Assembly: GCA_965227515.1 (NCBI GenBank)
Contig: CBDDFZ010000001.1
Coordinates: 2,784,001 to 2,848,000 of the forward strand
Length of the DNA: 64,000 nt
Direction: 5' to 3'
Source: Alphaproteobacteria bacterium
GTDB taxonomy: Bacteria; Pseudomonadota; Alphaproteobacteria; CALKHQ01
Numbering within the stretch: the stretch's first letter is position 1; every line of letters starts with the position of its first letter. Both the position numbers and the translations under genes were made by a program. The notes beneath the pieces were generated by a model, which was not told where the DNA came from, searched no databases, and was given only the letters and a program-made list of their open reading frames with translations. Shown piece by piece: positions 8,463 to 18,558 of the stretch.

Positions 8463-9695
8463 ATGTCCGATACCGAACAGAACGAGCGGGAGGCCATCAG
8501 GCAGCGGGCGCGCGCGCTTGCCGAGAGCCGGATCGCGCCGCGCGCGGCCAAGGCCGACGAGACCGAGGCCTACCCGTGGGAGAATGTCCGCGACCTGACC
8601 GAGGCGGGCTTCATGGGCATGACCATTCCGCGCACGTATGGCGGGCAGGGCCGTGGCCTGGGCGATGTGCTGGTCGTCATCGAGGAGATGGCCAAGGTCT
8701 GTGGCGTCACCGGCCGTATCGTCGTCGAGGCGAACATGGGCGGTGTCGGCGCGATCATGGCCTATGGCAGCGAGGCGCAGAAGCAGCTTGCCGCCGACCT
8801 GGTCCTGAAGGGCGACAAGCCGGCGATTTGCATCACCGAGCCGGGGGCGGGCAGTGCCGCCACCGAGATGACGACCACGGCGCGCCGTGTCGGCGACCGG
8901 TACGTCATCAACGGGCGCAAGCACTGGATCACCGGCGGCGGCGTCAGCCGGTTGCACCTGGTGTTCGCACGGGTCCTCGACCCGGCGGACCGCGACCTGG
9001 GCATTGCCGGTTTCATCGCGCTGCGCGACGAGACCGAAGGGCTGAAGATTGGCGCGCGCGAGCGCACGATGGGGCTGCGCGCGATCCCCGAAACAGAGAT
9101 TTTCTTCGACAACATGACGGTGCCGGTATCGGCCATGGTGGTGCCGCCGCGCGGGCTCGCCCACGGGTTCGGCGACCTGATGAACGCGTACAACGCACAG
9201 CGTGTCGGCGCGGGCACGGTGGCGCTGGGGCTGGCGCAAGGCGCCTATGAAGCGGCGCTCGCATACACCCAGTCGCGCGAGCAGTTCGGCCGCCCGATCT
9301 GCGAGTTCCAGGGCCTGCAATGGATGCTGGCCGACATGTCGATCCAGCTCGCCGCCGCGCGCGCCCTGCTGGAGCGCGCGGCCGACGTGGCGCCGGGCGA
9401 GTTCCCCGACCCGATGGCGGCCGCCCAGGCGAAAATCTTTGCCGCCGAGATGGCGATCAAGGTCACCAACGACGCGCTGCAGATGTTCGGCGCGGCCGGC
9501 TATTCGCGGTCCAACCCGGTGGAGCGCATGCTGCGCGATGCGCGCATGTTCACCATCGGCGGCGGCACCGCCCAAGTGCTGCGCAACGTCGTGGCCTCGC
9601 ACGTGCTGGGGCGCCGGCTGCCGCAGACCCGCGACGGCTACAGCGCGCCGGCACAGGTGTCTCCGCCGCCTGTGAAGGCCTCCGACGCCGCCTGA
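8463..9695 (+). CDS. acdA: Acyl-CoA dehydrogenase-fold protein, 3-sulfinopropanoyl-CoA desulfinase-like
   Basis: YPWENV, GDKPAICITEP, WITGGGVS, YNAQRVGAG, RDARMFTIGGGTAQ, LPQTRDGY match my recollection of Advenella Acd; no catalytic Glu at either canonical position. Confidence 0.8.
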   Translation: MSDTEQNEREAIRQRARALAESRIAPRAAKADETEAYPWENVRDLTEAGFMGMTIPRTYGGQGRGLGDVLVVIEEMAKVCGVTGRIVVEANMGGVGAIMAYGSEAQKQLAADLVLKGDKPAICITEPGAGSAATEMTTTARRVGDRYVINGRKHWITGGGVSRLHLVFARVLDPADRDLGIAGFIALRDETEGLKIGARERTMGLRAIPETEIFFDNMTVPVSAMVVPPRGLAHGFGDLMNAYNAQRVGAGTVALGLAQGAYEAALAYTQSREQFGRPICEFQGLQWMLADMSIQLAAARALLERAADVAPGEFPDPMAAAQAKIFAAEMAIKVTNDALQMFGAAGYSRSNPVERMLRDARMFTIGGGTAQVLRNVVASHVLGRRLPQTRDGYSAPAQVSPPPVKASDAA

Positions 9696-9873
9696 CGCGT
9701 GGGTGGGTCGCGTCCGCGCCCTCTTGTCGCGCCTGCACGAAACTTGCAAGACAACACGCATTCCTCATTTGGCGTGAGGCGGTGCTTGCCTACATGAAGG
9801 TCGCAACCGCCGACATGGTCGCGGGGGGCGCCTGACTGCGGACGCTCGCCGCCAACGAAGGGGAGCGACAAAC

Positions 9874-11346
9874 GTGGGTCTGACAGATTGCAGAGGCGTT
9901 CCGACGTCTTGCGACGATGCAGCGTTGATCGCCAAGCTGGATGCATGCCACGAGGCCAGTCTGGCCTTCACCGGCGACCCGGTCGCCGAGATCGACGCAT
10001 TGCTGGCCGAGCACCCCGATTTCGTGATGGGCCATTGCTTCAAGGCCGGCATGCTGACTCAGTCGATGGAGACGCGCATCTATGGCGACATGGTCGCCAG
10101 CGTGCACCGGGCCGCGGCGTTGAAGGATCGGGCGAACGGACGGGAGCGCGGCCATATCGCGGCCCTGGAGGCGTGGATCGAGGGCGACTTCCACGGCGCC
10201 GTCCAGCACTGGGAATCGGTGCTGACCGACCATCCTTTCGACCTGCTGGCGCTGCAACTGGTGCACTTGACCGATGTGCTGCTGGGCGATGTGGTCGGCC
10301 AGCGCGACTGCGTGGCCCGCATATTCCCGCTGTGGGACGAGGCGGTGCCCGGCTACGAGTTCGTGCTCGGCTTTTATTCGTTCGGCCTGGAGGAGAACCG
10401 CGACTTCGCCTATGCGGAGGAACTGGGCCGGCAGGCGGTCGCCATGCGCCCGCAGCACCCCTATGCGATCCACGCCGTCGCCCATGTGATGGAGATGAAG
10501 GGCCGGCAGACCGGCGGCATCTGGTGGATCAACAGCCATGCCGACAGTTGGGTCCGCACCAATTTCGACAATCACATCTGGTGGCACCTGGCGCTGCTGC
10601 ACCTGGACCTGGGCCAGGTCGACCGCGTGCTGGAGATCTATGACAACCACTTGCGCGGCCACTCCGATGGCGCGGAGAAGTACGCCGAGCTGGATTCGGC
10701 GGCGCTGTTGTGGCGGCTGAAGCTCCTGGACGTCGACGTCGGCGCACGCTGGCACGAACTGGCAGACAAGTGGGCGCCGAGCGTGGAGGACACGCTGTAC
10801 GCGTTCAACGACGTACACGCGATGATGGCGTTCGTGTCGGACGGCCGGGCGGATGCCGCCGGCAAGCTGATGAACGCCAACGAGCGCTATTGCGAGAACG
10901 CCAGCGACGCCAATGTCGCGATGAGCCGCGAGATCGGGCTGCCGTTGTGCCGCGCGCTGCAGGCCTTCGCCGATGAGGACTATGGCGCGTGCGTCGACAT
11001 CCTGCTGCCGGTGCGCTACCGCACCCACAGGCTGGGCGGCAGCTTCGCCCAGCGCGACGTGATCGGCTGGACGCTGTTGGAGGCGGCGTTGCGGGCCAGG
11101 CGGTTCCGGCTCGCGCTGGGGCTGGCGCATGAGCGCATCGGCCTGAAGCCGAGCAGCCCGCAAAACTGGCATCTGGTTGCGCGCGCGCATCGCGGGCTCG
11201 GCGACGAGCAGCAGGCGGCACGGGCGGAGGCGCGGGCGCTGTCGATGTTCGGAGGCGACATCACCGGGGGCGTGCTGTCCGGCAAACTGGCCGCCAGCGC
11301 CGAGGCGCGCGAGGAAAGGCAGCATGGACGGCAGCGCGTGCTTTGA
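9874..11346 (+). CDS. TTC38-like tetratricopeptide repeat protein
   Basis: SFGLEE, YAIHAVAHVMEM, HIWWHLAL, FNDVHAMM, LGGSFAQRD. Confidence 0.85.
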   Translation: MGLTDCRGVPTSCDDAALIAKLDACHEASLAFTGDPVAEIDALLAEHPDFVMGHCFKAGMLTQSMETRIYGDMVASVHRAAALKDRANGRERGHIAALEAWIEGDFHGAVQHWESVLTDHPFDLLALQLVHLTDVLLGDVVGQRDCVARIFPLWDEAVPGYEFVLGFYSFGLEENRDFAYAEELGRQAVAMRPQHPYAIHAVAHVMEMKGRQTGGIWWINSHADSWVRTNFDNHIWWHLALLHLDLGQVDRVLEIYDNHLRGHSDGAEKYAELDSAALLWRLKLLDVDVGARWHELADKWAPSVEDTLYAFNDVHAMMAFVSDGRADAAGKLMNANERYCENASDANVAMSREIGLPLCRALQAFADEDYGACVDILLPVRYRTHRLGGSFAQRDVIGWTLLEAALRARRFRLALGLAHERIGLKPSSPQNWHLVARAHRGLGDEQQAARAEARALSMFGGDITGGVLSGKLAASAEAREERQHGRQRVL

Positions 11347-11836
11347 GGCCAGCGTGCCGGTCTACCGGCGCTATCTCGACCGGATCGATGGCATTCTGGA
11401 CCGGCTTGGCGATGTGGCGGACGACCTGCTGTCGGCGCGGCTGATCGAAGGCACCTTTACCGCGGGCGAGCACCTGCGAACCGCCCAGGGCTATGTGCTG
11501 CGCTGTGTCTGCCCGCTGGCCGGTCGTGACATACCCACCCTCTCCACCGAGGGGACCACGGCCGATGCGCTGCGCCTTCGCTCAGCCGAGGTGCGGCAGG
11601 TCCTCGACGGCATGGCCGTGGCCGACTTTGCCGATGCGCCGTTCCGCCAGATCGCGCACAAGGCCGGCAACGCTACGCTGGACCAGGACGGCGTGTCGTT
11701 CCTCACCCTCTATGCGCTGCCGAACTTCTTCTTCCACCTGACCATGGGCTACGCGACCCTGCGCGGCCAAGGCGCGGAGATCGGCAAGGCCGATTTCGAC
11801 GGCTTCCACGACTATCCCAGGGGCTTCAGCTTCTAG
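11324..11836 (+). CDS. DUF1993 family protein
   Basis: YALPNFFFHLTMGYATLRGQGAEIGKADF. Confidence 0.85.
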   Translation: MDGSACFEASVPVYRRYLDRIDGILDRLGDVADDLLSARLIEGTFTAGEHLRTAQGYVLRCVCPLAGRDIPTLSTEGTTADALRLRSAEVRQVLDGMAVADFADAPFRQIAHKAGNATLDQDGVSFLTLYALPNFFFHLTMGYATLRGQGAEIGKADFDGFHDYPRGFSF

Positions 11837-12183
11837 GAAGGCGGGGCCAACTTGCAAGGAAACGCTGTGCCAACGATGTGGCGGACCACCAGCGCGGTCG
11901 GCTCGCCGGCGTGCTCCGGGTGCGCGTCCAAATACTCCAGGAACATGGCGATCAACATGCGCGGCGTGGTGTCGGCATCGCAAGCGCCGGTCTCGCCTTC
12001 CAGTCCGGCGGCGACCATCGACTCAAGAACGCCGGCCATGTAGCCGCCGCAGTAGGCGACGTGGGTGTTGTCTTCGGACTGGCATAGCCCGGCCATGTAG
12101 CTGGCCGCACCCTGGTCTTCCTGGGCGACGGCAGGTCCGGCGCAGGCCAGAACAAGGGGCAGGGCAAGGGCGATCCGGCGCAT
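11833..12183 (-). CDS. Rap1a/Tai-like immunity protein (secreted)
   Basis: Signal peptide; LC...YCGGYMAGV...C...FLEYLDAHPE...AFPC pattern. Confidence 0.75.
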   Translation of the reverse strand: MRRIALALPLVLACAGPAVAQEDQGAASYMAGLCQSEDNTHVAYCGGYMAGVLESMVAAGLEGETGACDADTTPRMLIAMFLEYLDAHPEHAGEPTALVVRHIVGTAFPCKLAPPS

Positions 12184-12220
12184 GGCGGGTCTCCGGGCGA
12201 TGTTCATGTGCGGGGGCATA

Positions 12221-12733
12221 TCAGGCGGGCCTGGCCGTCTCCCGCCGCAATCGGTCCAGTACCGAATCGGCGGTGTCGGCAGGGGCCCGGTCGACGTCGG
12301 CAACAACCACGTGCGGTCCGGGCGCGGGCTCTTCCAGGGTCGCGAACTGGCTCGGCAACAGGCTGGTCGGCATGAAGTGGTGCTGACGCGCCGCCATGCG
12401 TTCGCCGATCAGGTCGGCATTGCCGCGCAGATAGACCACGTAGACGTCGTCATGGTCGTCGACCAGGACGCGGCGATAGGCATCCTTCAGCGCCGAGCAG
12501 GCAATCACCGCATGCTCGCCGCGCGCGCGCCACTGCGCCATGGCATCGGCCAGCGCGTGCAGCCAGGGCCACCTGTCGTCGTCGTTCAGCGGCTCGCCGC
12601 GCGACATCTTCTCGACGTTGGCGGCCGGGTGATAGCGGTCGCCTTCCTCGAAACGCGCGCCCAACTCCTCGGCGATCAGCTTGCCGACCGTGGTCTTGCC
12701 GGCGCCGCAGACACCCATGACGACGACGATCAT
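12221..12733 (-). CDS. gntK: Gluconokinase
   Basis: MGVCGAGKTT, PLNDDDRWPWL, CSALK, HFMPTSLLPSQFATLE. Confidence 0.93.
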   Translation of the reverse strand: MIVVVMGVCGAGKTTVGKLIAEELGARFEEGDRYHPAANVEKMSRGEPLNDDDRWPWLHALADAMAQWRARGEHAVIACSALKDAYRRVLVDDHDDVYVVYLRGNADLIGERMAARQHHFMPTSLLPSQFATLEEPAPGPHVVVADVDRAPADTADSVLDRLRRETARPA

Positions 12734-14172
12734 TGCGACGACTCCCAGGTCTGGTCGCCGGTCCAGCGGAAATGGTGGGTGCCGGGACGGTCGACCCGCT
12801 CGAACGTATGGGCGCCGAAATAGTCGCGCTGGGCCTGCAGCAGGTCGGCCGAGCCGCGCGCCCGGCGATAGCCGTCGAGATAGGCCAGCGCCGATGACAG
12901 CGCCGGCGCCGGGGTCGCACGCGCCGCGGCGCGCGCCACCACGCCTGCAAGGTCCGGCCTGACGTTGCGCACAATCTCCACGAATGCGGGGTGGACGATC
13001 AGGTTCGGCAGGTCGCCGCGGCTGTCGAACGCCTCCGCGATCTGGTTCAGAAAGCGCGAGCGGATGATGCAGCCGGCGCGCCAGATGCGTGCGATCTCAC
13101 CGAGCGGCAGGTTCCAGTCATAGCGCCCGGACGCGGCCGCCATGATTTCGAACCCCTGCGCATAGGCCGCCACCTTGCCGGCCAGCACCGCGCCTTCCAG
13201 TTGGGCGAGGGCGATGGTGCGATCCTCGCCGGCTGGCGCCGGGTCCGGCGGGCCATAGATCGCTTCGGTGTCCTTCCGCAAAGCCTTGCGCGCGGAGAGC
13301 GCACGCGCGGCCACCGCCTCCAGCAAGGTCGGCGCCGGCACCCCAAGGTCGATGGACTCCACCGCGGCCCAGCGCCCGGTGCCCTTCTCGCCGGCCTTGT
13401 CCAGGATCAGGTCGACCATGGGCGTACCGGTTTCCGGGTCATTGGTCGCCAGGATGTCGGCGGTGATCTCGATCAGGTAGGACTGCAACGGCCCGTCGTT
13501 CCAGCGCCTGAAAACGTCGGCGATATCGGCGGGCGCCATCGCCAGATCGCGGCGCATGATGTGCACCGCCTCGGCGATGATCTGCATGTCGGCGTATTCG
13601 ATGCCGTTGTGCAGGGTCTTGACGAAATGGCCGGCCCCGTCCGGGCCGACATAGGCGCAGCACGGTGCACCGTCTGCTGTCGCGGCAATCGCGGTCAGCA
13701 CGTCGGCGACCCGGTCATAGCCGGCGCGCACGCCGCCGGCCATGATCGCCGGGCCATAGCGTGCGCCATCCTCGCCGCCGGACACGCCGATGCCGAGGAA
13801 GCCAAGCCCACGCTCCGCCATCTCGGCATCGCGGCGCTGGGTGTCGTGGAAATTCGCATTGCCGGCGTCGATCAGGATGTCCTGGCCATCGAGCATCGGG
13901 GCGAGGGCGGCCATCTGCTCGTCGACCGGGGCGCCGGCCTTGACCATCAGCACCAGCGGGCGGGGCGGGCGGATGGCCCCGATGAATTCCTCGGGCGTGG
14001 CGCAGCCGGTCATACGCTCGGCCAGCGCGCCGGCATTCGCCATCACGGCTTCGGTGGTGGCGGCGGTGCGGTTGAACACCGCGACCCGGAAGCCCTTGTC
14101 GGCCATGTTGTAGGCGAGATTGCGCCCCATCACACCGAGGCCGAGCACGCCGATGTCTGCTTGTGTTGTCAC
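12730..14172 (-). CDS. gndA: NADP-dependent 6-phosphogluconate dehydrogenase
   Basis: GLGVMG, GVSGGE, HFVKTLHNGIEY, QAQRDYFGAHTF. Confidence 0.96.
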   Translation of the reverse strand: MTTQADIGVLGLGVMGRNLAYNMADKGFRVAVFNRTAATTEAVMANAGALAERMTGCATPEEFIGAIRPPRPLVLMVKAGAPVDEQMAALAPMLDGQDILIDAGNANFHDTQRRDAEMAERGLGFLGIGVSGGEDGARYGPAIMAGGVRAGYDRVADVLTAIAATADGAPCCAYVGPDGAGHFVKTLHNGIEYADMQIIAEAVHIMRRDLAMAPADIADVFRRWNDGPLQSYLIEITADILATNDPETGTPMVDLILDKAGEKGTGRWAAVESIDLGVPAPTLLEAVAARALSARKALRKDTEAIYGPPDPAPAGEDRTIALAQLEGAVLAGKVAAYAQGFEIMAAASGRYDWNLPLGEIARIWRAGCIIRSRFLNQIAEAFDSRGDLPNLIVHPAFVEIVRNVRPDLAGVVARAAARATPAPALSSALAYLDGYRRARGSADLLQAQRDYFGAHTFERVDRPGTHHFRWTGDQTWESSQ

Positions 14173-14346
14173 GTCTGGGTGCCTGGTCGTTGTATGCGTC
14201 GTCGGGCGAAGCGCCGACGTTTAGCGTTTTTCGCCCGGTATGCAAGTGTCCGGGGTGCAAGTGTCTGCCGTGCTCGCCACGCCGCCACCGGCACAGTACA
14301 GTCCGGCAGCGAAAGGGCGCTGGCGTCGATCGACACGGAGGGACGG

Positions 14347-14967
14347 GTGCTGAGAATTCTTGGACGGACCACTTCGTCCAACGTGCAGAAGGTCATGTGG
14401 TGTTGCGCCGAACTTGGCCTCGGCGTGAAACGCGAGGACGTTGGCGGGCCGTTCGGCGGCAACGACTCAGACGAATACAAAGCGATGAATCCGAACGGCC
14501 TGGTGCCGACCATGGTGGAGGACGACTTCGTCCTGTGGGAGTCCAACGCCATCATGCGCTACCTCGCCTCCAAGCACGGCGAGCACCCGTTCTGGCCCGG
14601 CGACTATCGTGGCCGCGCCAACGCGGACCGCTGGATGGACTGGCAACTCGGCGCCCTTTGGCCGGCGTTGCGCGATGCCTTCATCATGCTGGTGCGTACG
14701 CCGGAGGCGGACCGCCGACCTGACGTCATTGCGCGCAGCGTCGCCAATGCCGCCGAGATGTTTGGCATTCTCGATCAATGGCTTGCGGCCCGGACGTTCG
14801 TCAACGGGCCGGACCTGTCGATCGGCGACATTCCGGTCGGCGTCATCGCCCATCGCTGGTACAGCCTGGACATCGAGCGGCCGGAACTGACCAACCTGAA
14901 GGCGTGGTATGGGCTGCTAAAGGCGCGCCCCGCCTATCGCGACCACGTCATGGGCGATCTGGCCTGA
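14347..14967 (+). CDS. Glutathione S-transferase (GstB-like)
   Basis: GTG start VLRILGRTTSSNVQKVMW; NPNGLVP; LWESNAI. Confidence 0.9.
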   Translation: MLRILGRTTSSNVQKVMWCCAELGLGVKREDVGGPFGGNDSDEYKAMNPNGLVPTMVEDDFVLWESNAIMRYLASKHGEHPFWPGDYRGRANADRWMDWQLGALWPALRDAFIMLVRTPEADRRPDVIARSVANAAEMFGILDQWLAARTFVNGPDLSIGDIPVGVIAHRWYSLDIERPELTNLKAWYGLLKARPAYRDHVMGDLA

Positions 14968-14990
14968 GGACACATCGGCGCCTGGCGGAC

Positions 14991-16319
14991 CTATCTGTCA
15001 TCCGATAGCTCGGCCATCGTGCGGTTGCGGCTCGCCGGGAATGTCACCTCGACCATTGTGCCGCCCTCCGGCAACCGGGTCAGGCTCAGTCTCCCGCCGT
15101 GCAACTCGGTCAGGGCATTGGCGATCGCCAACCCCAACCCAAGCCCCTCGTGCGCGCGGCTCAGGCTTTCGTCCCCTTGCGCGAATCCGGACAAGACGCT
15201 CTGCAGACGGTCCGGCGGAATGCCGGTCCCCTGGTCGGTGACACGAATGGCGACGCCGCCTTCGTCGTGGCGTTGCACGCTCAGGCGCACTGTCTCTGAC
15301 GGTGGGGAGAAGGCTGCCGCGTTGGTCAGCAACTCCGACACGACCTGGGCGATCTGCACCTCGTCGCCGTAGAGGCAGGATGGCGCGCTCGCATCGATCT
15401 CGACCGCGATGTCCGTGGTCAGTTGGCCTTCCATCGCTGTCTGCGCCGCACAACGCTCGACCAGCGGCCGAATGGCAAGAACGGCCTCTTGCATCCGGAT
15501 TTCGGTACTCTGGGCGTCGGCATACATCAGCACCCGGTCGATCATGCGATCCAGGCGCGCGGCCGCCGCACACATATGGCCGTTGTATTCCAGGTATCTT
15601 GGCTCGCCGATCGAGCCGAGCGCCTCGTCTCCGATCAACTGGCCGAATCCCAGGATCGCGTTCAGCGGCGTGCGCAGTTCGTGGCCGACGATGGCAAGGA
15701 ACCGTTCCTTGGCACGTTGGGCCGACGACAAGGCGCGACCGGTGCGCTCCAACCTGTCCTCATGGTCGACGACCTGGCGGTGCAGTTCCAGTTCATCGAC
15801 AACGATCTTGGCCAGGTCCGCAAGGAAGGTGGTTTGTGTGTCGCCGAACTCCGGGTGGGGCACATGATCCATCAGACAGAGCGAGCCCACGCGCACGCCG
15901 CCGGCGAGCACGAGGGGTGCCCCCGCGTAGAAGCGAAAGTGAGGGGGGCGTGCCACCTGCGGGCTGTCGCGAAATCGCGGATCGGCGGCCAGATCGGGAA
16001 CGACTAGCGGCGCGTCGTCCATGATGGCGTGCGAGCACACGGAGATCCTGCGCGGCGCCTGGGTGACCGACATGCCGATACGCGCCTTGAACCAGGTTCG
16101 CTCCTCATCAACGAAGGAAATGCGCGCCACCGGCATGCCGAAGTGCGCCACTGCCAGTCGGACGATGCGATCGAACCGCTCTTCGGCGTCGGTATCGAGG
16201 ATGCGCAGGTCGCGCAGGGCCGCCAGACGCTCCGCCTCGTTGACGGGGATCGGGAAGCCCGCCGCGGGCGGCGTCGTTGGGCATGCCGCCGCGCCACCGT
16301 CGTCGGACGGGTTATTCAT
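14991..16319 (-). CDS. GAF-domain sensor histidine kinase
   Basis: EAERLAAL...ILDT GAF; HELRTPLN; GLGLGL G2 box. Confidence 0.9.
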   Translation of the reverse strand: MNNPSDDGGAAACPTTPPAAGFPIPVNEAERLAALRDLRILDTDAEERFDRIVRLAVAHFGMPVARISFVDEERTWFKARIGMSVTQAPRRISVCSHAIMDDAPLVVPDLAADPRFRDSPQVARPPHFRFYAGAPLVLAGGVRVGSLCLMDHVPHPEFGDTQTTFLADLAKIVVDELELHRQVVDHEDRLERTGRALSSAQRAKERFLAIVGHELRTPLNAILGFGQLIGDEALGSIGEPRYLEYNGHMCAAAARLDRMIDRVLMYADAQSTEIRMQEAVLAIRPLVERCAAQTAMEGQLTTDIAVEIDASAPSCLYGDEVQIAQVVSELLTNAAAFSPPSETVRLSVQRHDEGGVAIRVTDQGTGIPPDRLQSVLSGFAQGDESLSRAHEGLGLGLAIANALTELHGGRLSLTRLPEGGTMVEVTFPASRNRTMAELSDDR

Positions 16320-16660
16320 CGGATGGCCCTGATTGGCATGTCGCAGTCTGAATGCCGGATTTGGCCGCGAACATTCCGGCAGGGCGGCTGGTCCTGCCAC
16401 CGATGAGGGTGCTGATAACCGCGTAGGTCATGTGGCTGTTCTTAGTCGAGTGGCTCTAAAGATTCCTGAAGCCTGGAAGGTGGCTGGCGGAGCCTGATCT
16501 TGGATACGAAAGTCGGGGTGTATTGGATCAGAGAACCAAGCTTGCGGCAGGAAGCCTCACGACACAGGCATCAAATCCAAATTCCATGATGTAACGGAAA
16601 TTAGCGCAACGGACGTGGCTTCTGCAACTTTGTGCCCTTCAGCGCCTGACTGGATCAGGA

Positions 16661-17320
16661 TCAGTTCACGCATTCCGACGATTCGCGCCACACATAGTGC
16701 GCGCCGTCCCATTCCAGGTCATAGAAGCATTGCGCGGTCTGCCCGCATTGCGCGTACAGCCGCACATCGTGATAGCCGTTCGTCATCGACGGCATCGCGG
16801 CGACGCAGGCCGCGGCATCGTCATCATCGTTGAGGAATTGCGCTTCGCCTTGGGCGACATTGAGAATCCAGATCGAGCAAACGTCGAAATTGCCGCAGTA
16901 GGCACCGCCGTGCAGCCTGGCGATCAGCTCTTCGGTGCCGTCATTGTCCAGGTCGAATCGCGCCGCCTGCAGGGTGCCGCCGGCCTGGGCCTGGTCGTCC
17001 AGTGCGGCCGCCATCATCTGCCGTTCCGCGGCATTGGCCGGTGCGGCAAACGACAGCGGTATGGGCGGGCCATCATCCAGTAGTCCTTCTTCCGGGATCG
17101 GCTCGCTGAGCGTGCCGGGGTCTTCGTCGCCGACGATGCCGTCGGGATCGGCCTCACCGGCGGCCGGGACCACGTCGTTCAGGGCGGACGCTGGCGGCTC
17201 GGTGACGGCCGCATCGGCGGTTTCCGGTGCATCCGATGCGCACCCGGCGAGCACGAACGCCGCCAGCCCGATACCCATCAGAGTGCCGCAACGCATTGCG
17301 GCCGGATCTCCAAACAGCAT
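16661..17320 (-). CDS. Hypothetical lipoprotein
   Basis: Lipobox LAGC; DLDNDGTEE motif; YCG...C; start uncertain. Confidence 0.65.
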   Translation of the reverse strand: MLFGDPAAMRCGTLMGIGLAAFVLAGCASDAPETADAAVTEPPASALNDVVPAAGEADPDGIVGDEDPGTLSEPIPEEGLLDDGPPIPLSFAAPANAAERQMMAAALDDQAQAGGTLQAARFDLDNDGTEELIARLHGGAYCGNFDVCSIWILNVAQGEAQFLNDDDDAAACVAAMPSMTNGYHDVRLYAQCGQTAQCFYDLEWDGAHYVWRESSECVN

Positions 17321-17547
17321 GTGCCTGCCCCCGCTGACATTCGAGTCCGCGCGACCGGATGCGTGCGCGGTCAATCTTGTAACATATGCCGGCGGGCGCG
17401 GTTCCACGGAAGCCCTGGCACCGGGCAATCACGTCGCATGGACGCCCCAATTCGGGTAGACTATTCCGTGTCCACTGGTTGGGGGACTCGCCGGGCGCGC
17501 CAGCGTGGCCGGCGCGTCTCAGCCGGCGACATGCAGATTGTGACGCC

Positions 17548-18492
17548 ATGGAAAATTTCTGGTCGGTCGAAACGCTTCACGAGCTCTACACGCCGAAGTT
17601 CATCGTGCTGTACGTGTTCGTGTTATCGGCGGTGTTCATTCACTACCGCGGCAAGGTGCGGCACCGGTTCGCGCGCCAGCTGACCGACCATTCGACGTTC
17701 CTGGCGCCGATCAACTTCATGATGTACGCGCTGTCCAGCGTGCCCAACCGGCCGATCCTGGACTCCAAGTCGTTCAAGGACCTGCAGCAGATCCGCGACA
17801 ATTGGGAGATGCTGCGCGACGAGGCGATGAAGCTCTATGAGATCGGGCACATCAAGGCGTCGCAGAACTACGACGACCTAGGCTTCAACTCGTTCTTCAA
17901 GCGAGGCTGGAAGCGGTTCTACCTGAAATGGTATGGCGACTATCTGCCGTCCGCGCGCGAGATGTGCCCGAAGTCTGTGGCGCTGCTGGAGAGCATACCC
18001 TCGGTCCACGGCGCCATGTTCGCGCTGCTGCCGCCGGGTGGCGCATTGGTGGCGCACCGCGACCCCTATGCCGGCTCGCTGCGCTACCATCTGGGCCTGA
18101 TGACCCCGAACAGCCCGGACTGCCGCATCTACATCGACGGCGAGCCATATTACTGGCGGGACGGCGAGGACATCGTCTTCGACGAGACCTACATCCACCG
18201 CGCGATCAACGAGAGCGACAAGGACCGGATCATCCTGTTCGCCGATATCGAGCGCCCGATGCACGGCCCGGTGGCGCGTGCCATCAACGGCTTCTTCCGC
18301 ATGATTTTCGTGCGGGCCACGGCGACCAAGAACGAGGACGGCGACCGGGTCGGTTTCCTGAACAAGCTGTTCAAGTACGTCTACGCGATCCGGCGTTTCG
18401 GCAAGGCGTTCAAGAAGTGGAACCGCAAGCTCTACTACGCCTTCAAGTACGTGGTGTTCGGCACCATTCTGTTCTTCATTTTCATCTACTGA
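17548..18492 (+). CDS. lpxO: Lipid A hydroxylase LpxO (Asp/Asn beta-hydroxylase family)
   Basis: DLGFNSFFKRGWKRFYLKWY, HRDPYAGSLRYHLGL, FDETYIH; N- and C-terminal TM segments. Confidence 0.88.
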   Translation: MENFWSVETLHELYTPKFIVLYVFVLSAVFIHYRGKVRHRFARQLTDHSTFLAPINFMMYALSSVPNRPILDSKSFKDLQQIRDNWEMLRDEAMKLYEIGHIKASQNYDDLGFNSFFKRGWKRFYLKWYGDYLPSAREMCPKSVALLESIPSVHGAMFALLPPGGALVAHRDPYAGSLRYHLGLMTPNSPDCRIYIDGEPYYWRDGEDIVFDETYIHRAINESDKDRIILFADIERPMHGPVARAINGFFRMIFVRATATKNEDGDRVGFLNKLFKYVYAIRRFGKAFKKWNRKLYYAFKYVVFGTILFFIFIY

Positions 18493-18558
18493 CGGGCTGC
18501 TTTTCTGCGGCCTGACAGGCATCCGCTCCCCAAACACAGCCGTCATGCTCGGGCTTGT

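Noticed and set aside
9733-9750. Sigma-54 promoter-like CTGCACGAAACTTGCA upstream of the TTC38-like gene
   Set aside because: Lacks the invariant GG at -24.
12991-14346. Apparent 658-aa fusion ending in GST
   Set aside because: The upstream part is antisense to gndA; the GST begins at GTG 14347 after a GGAGG RBS.
16400-16660. Possible tRNA fragment, att site or small RNA
   Set aside because: TGGCGGAG resemblance to a tRNA end is too short; no cloverleaf or convincing structure.
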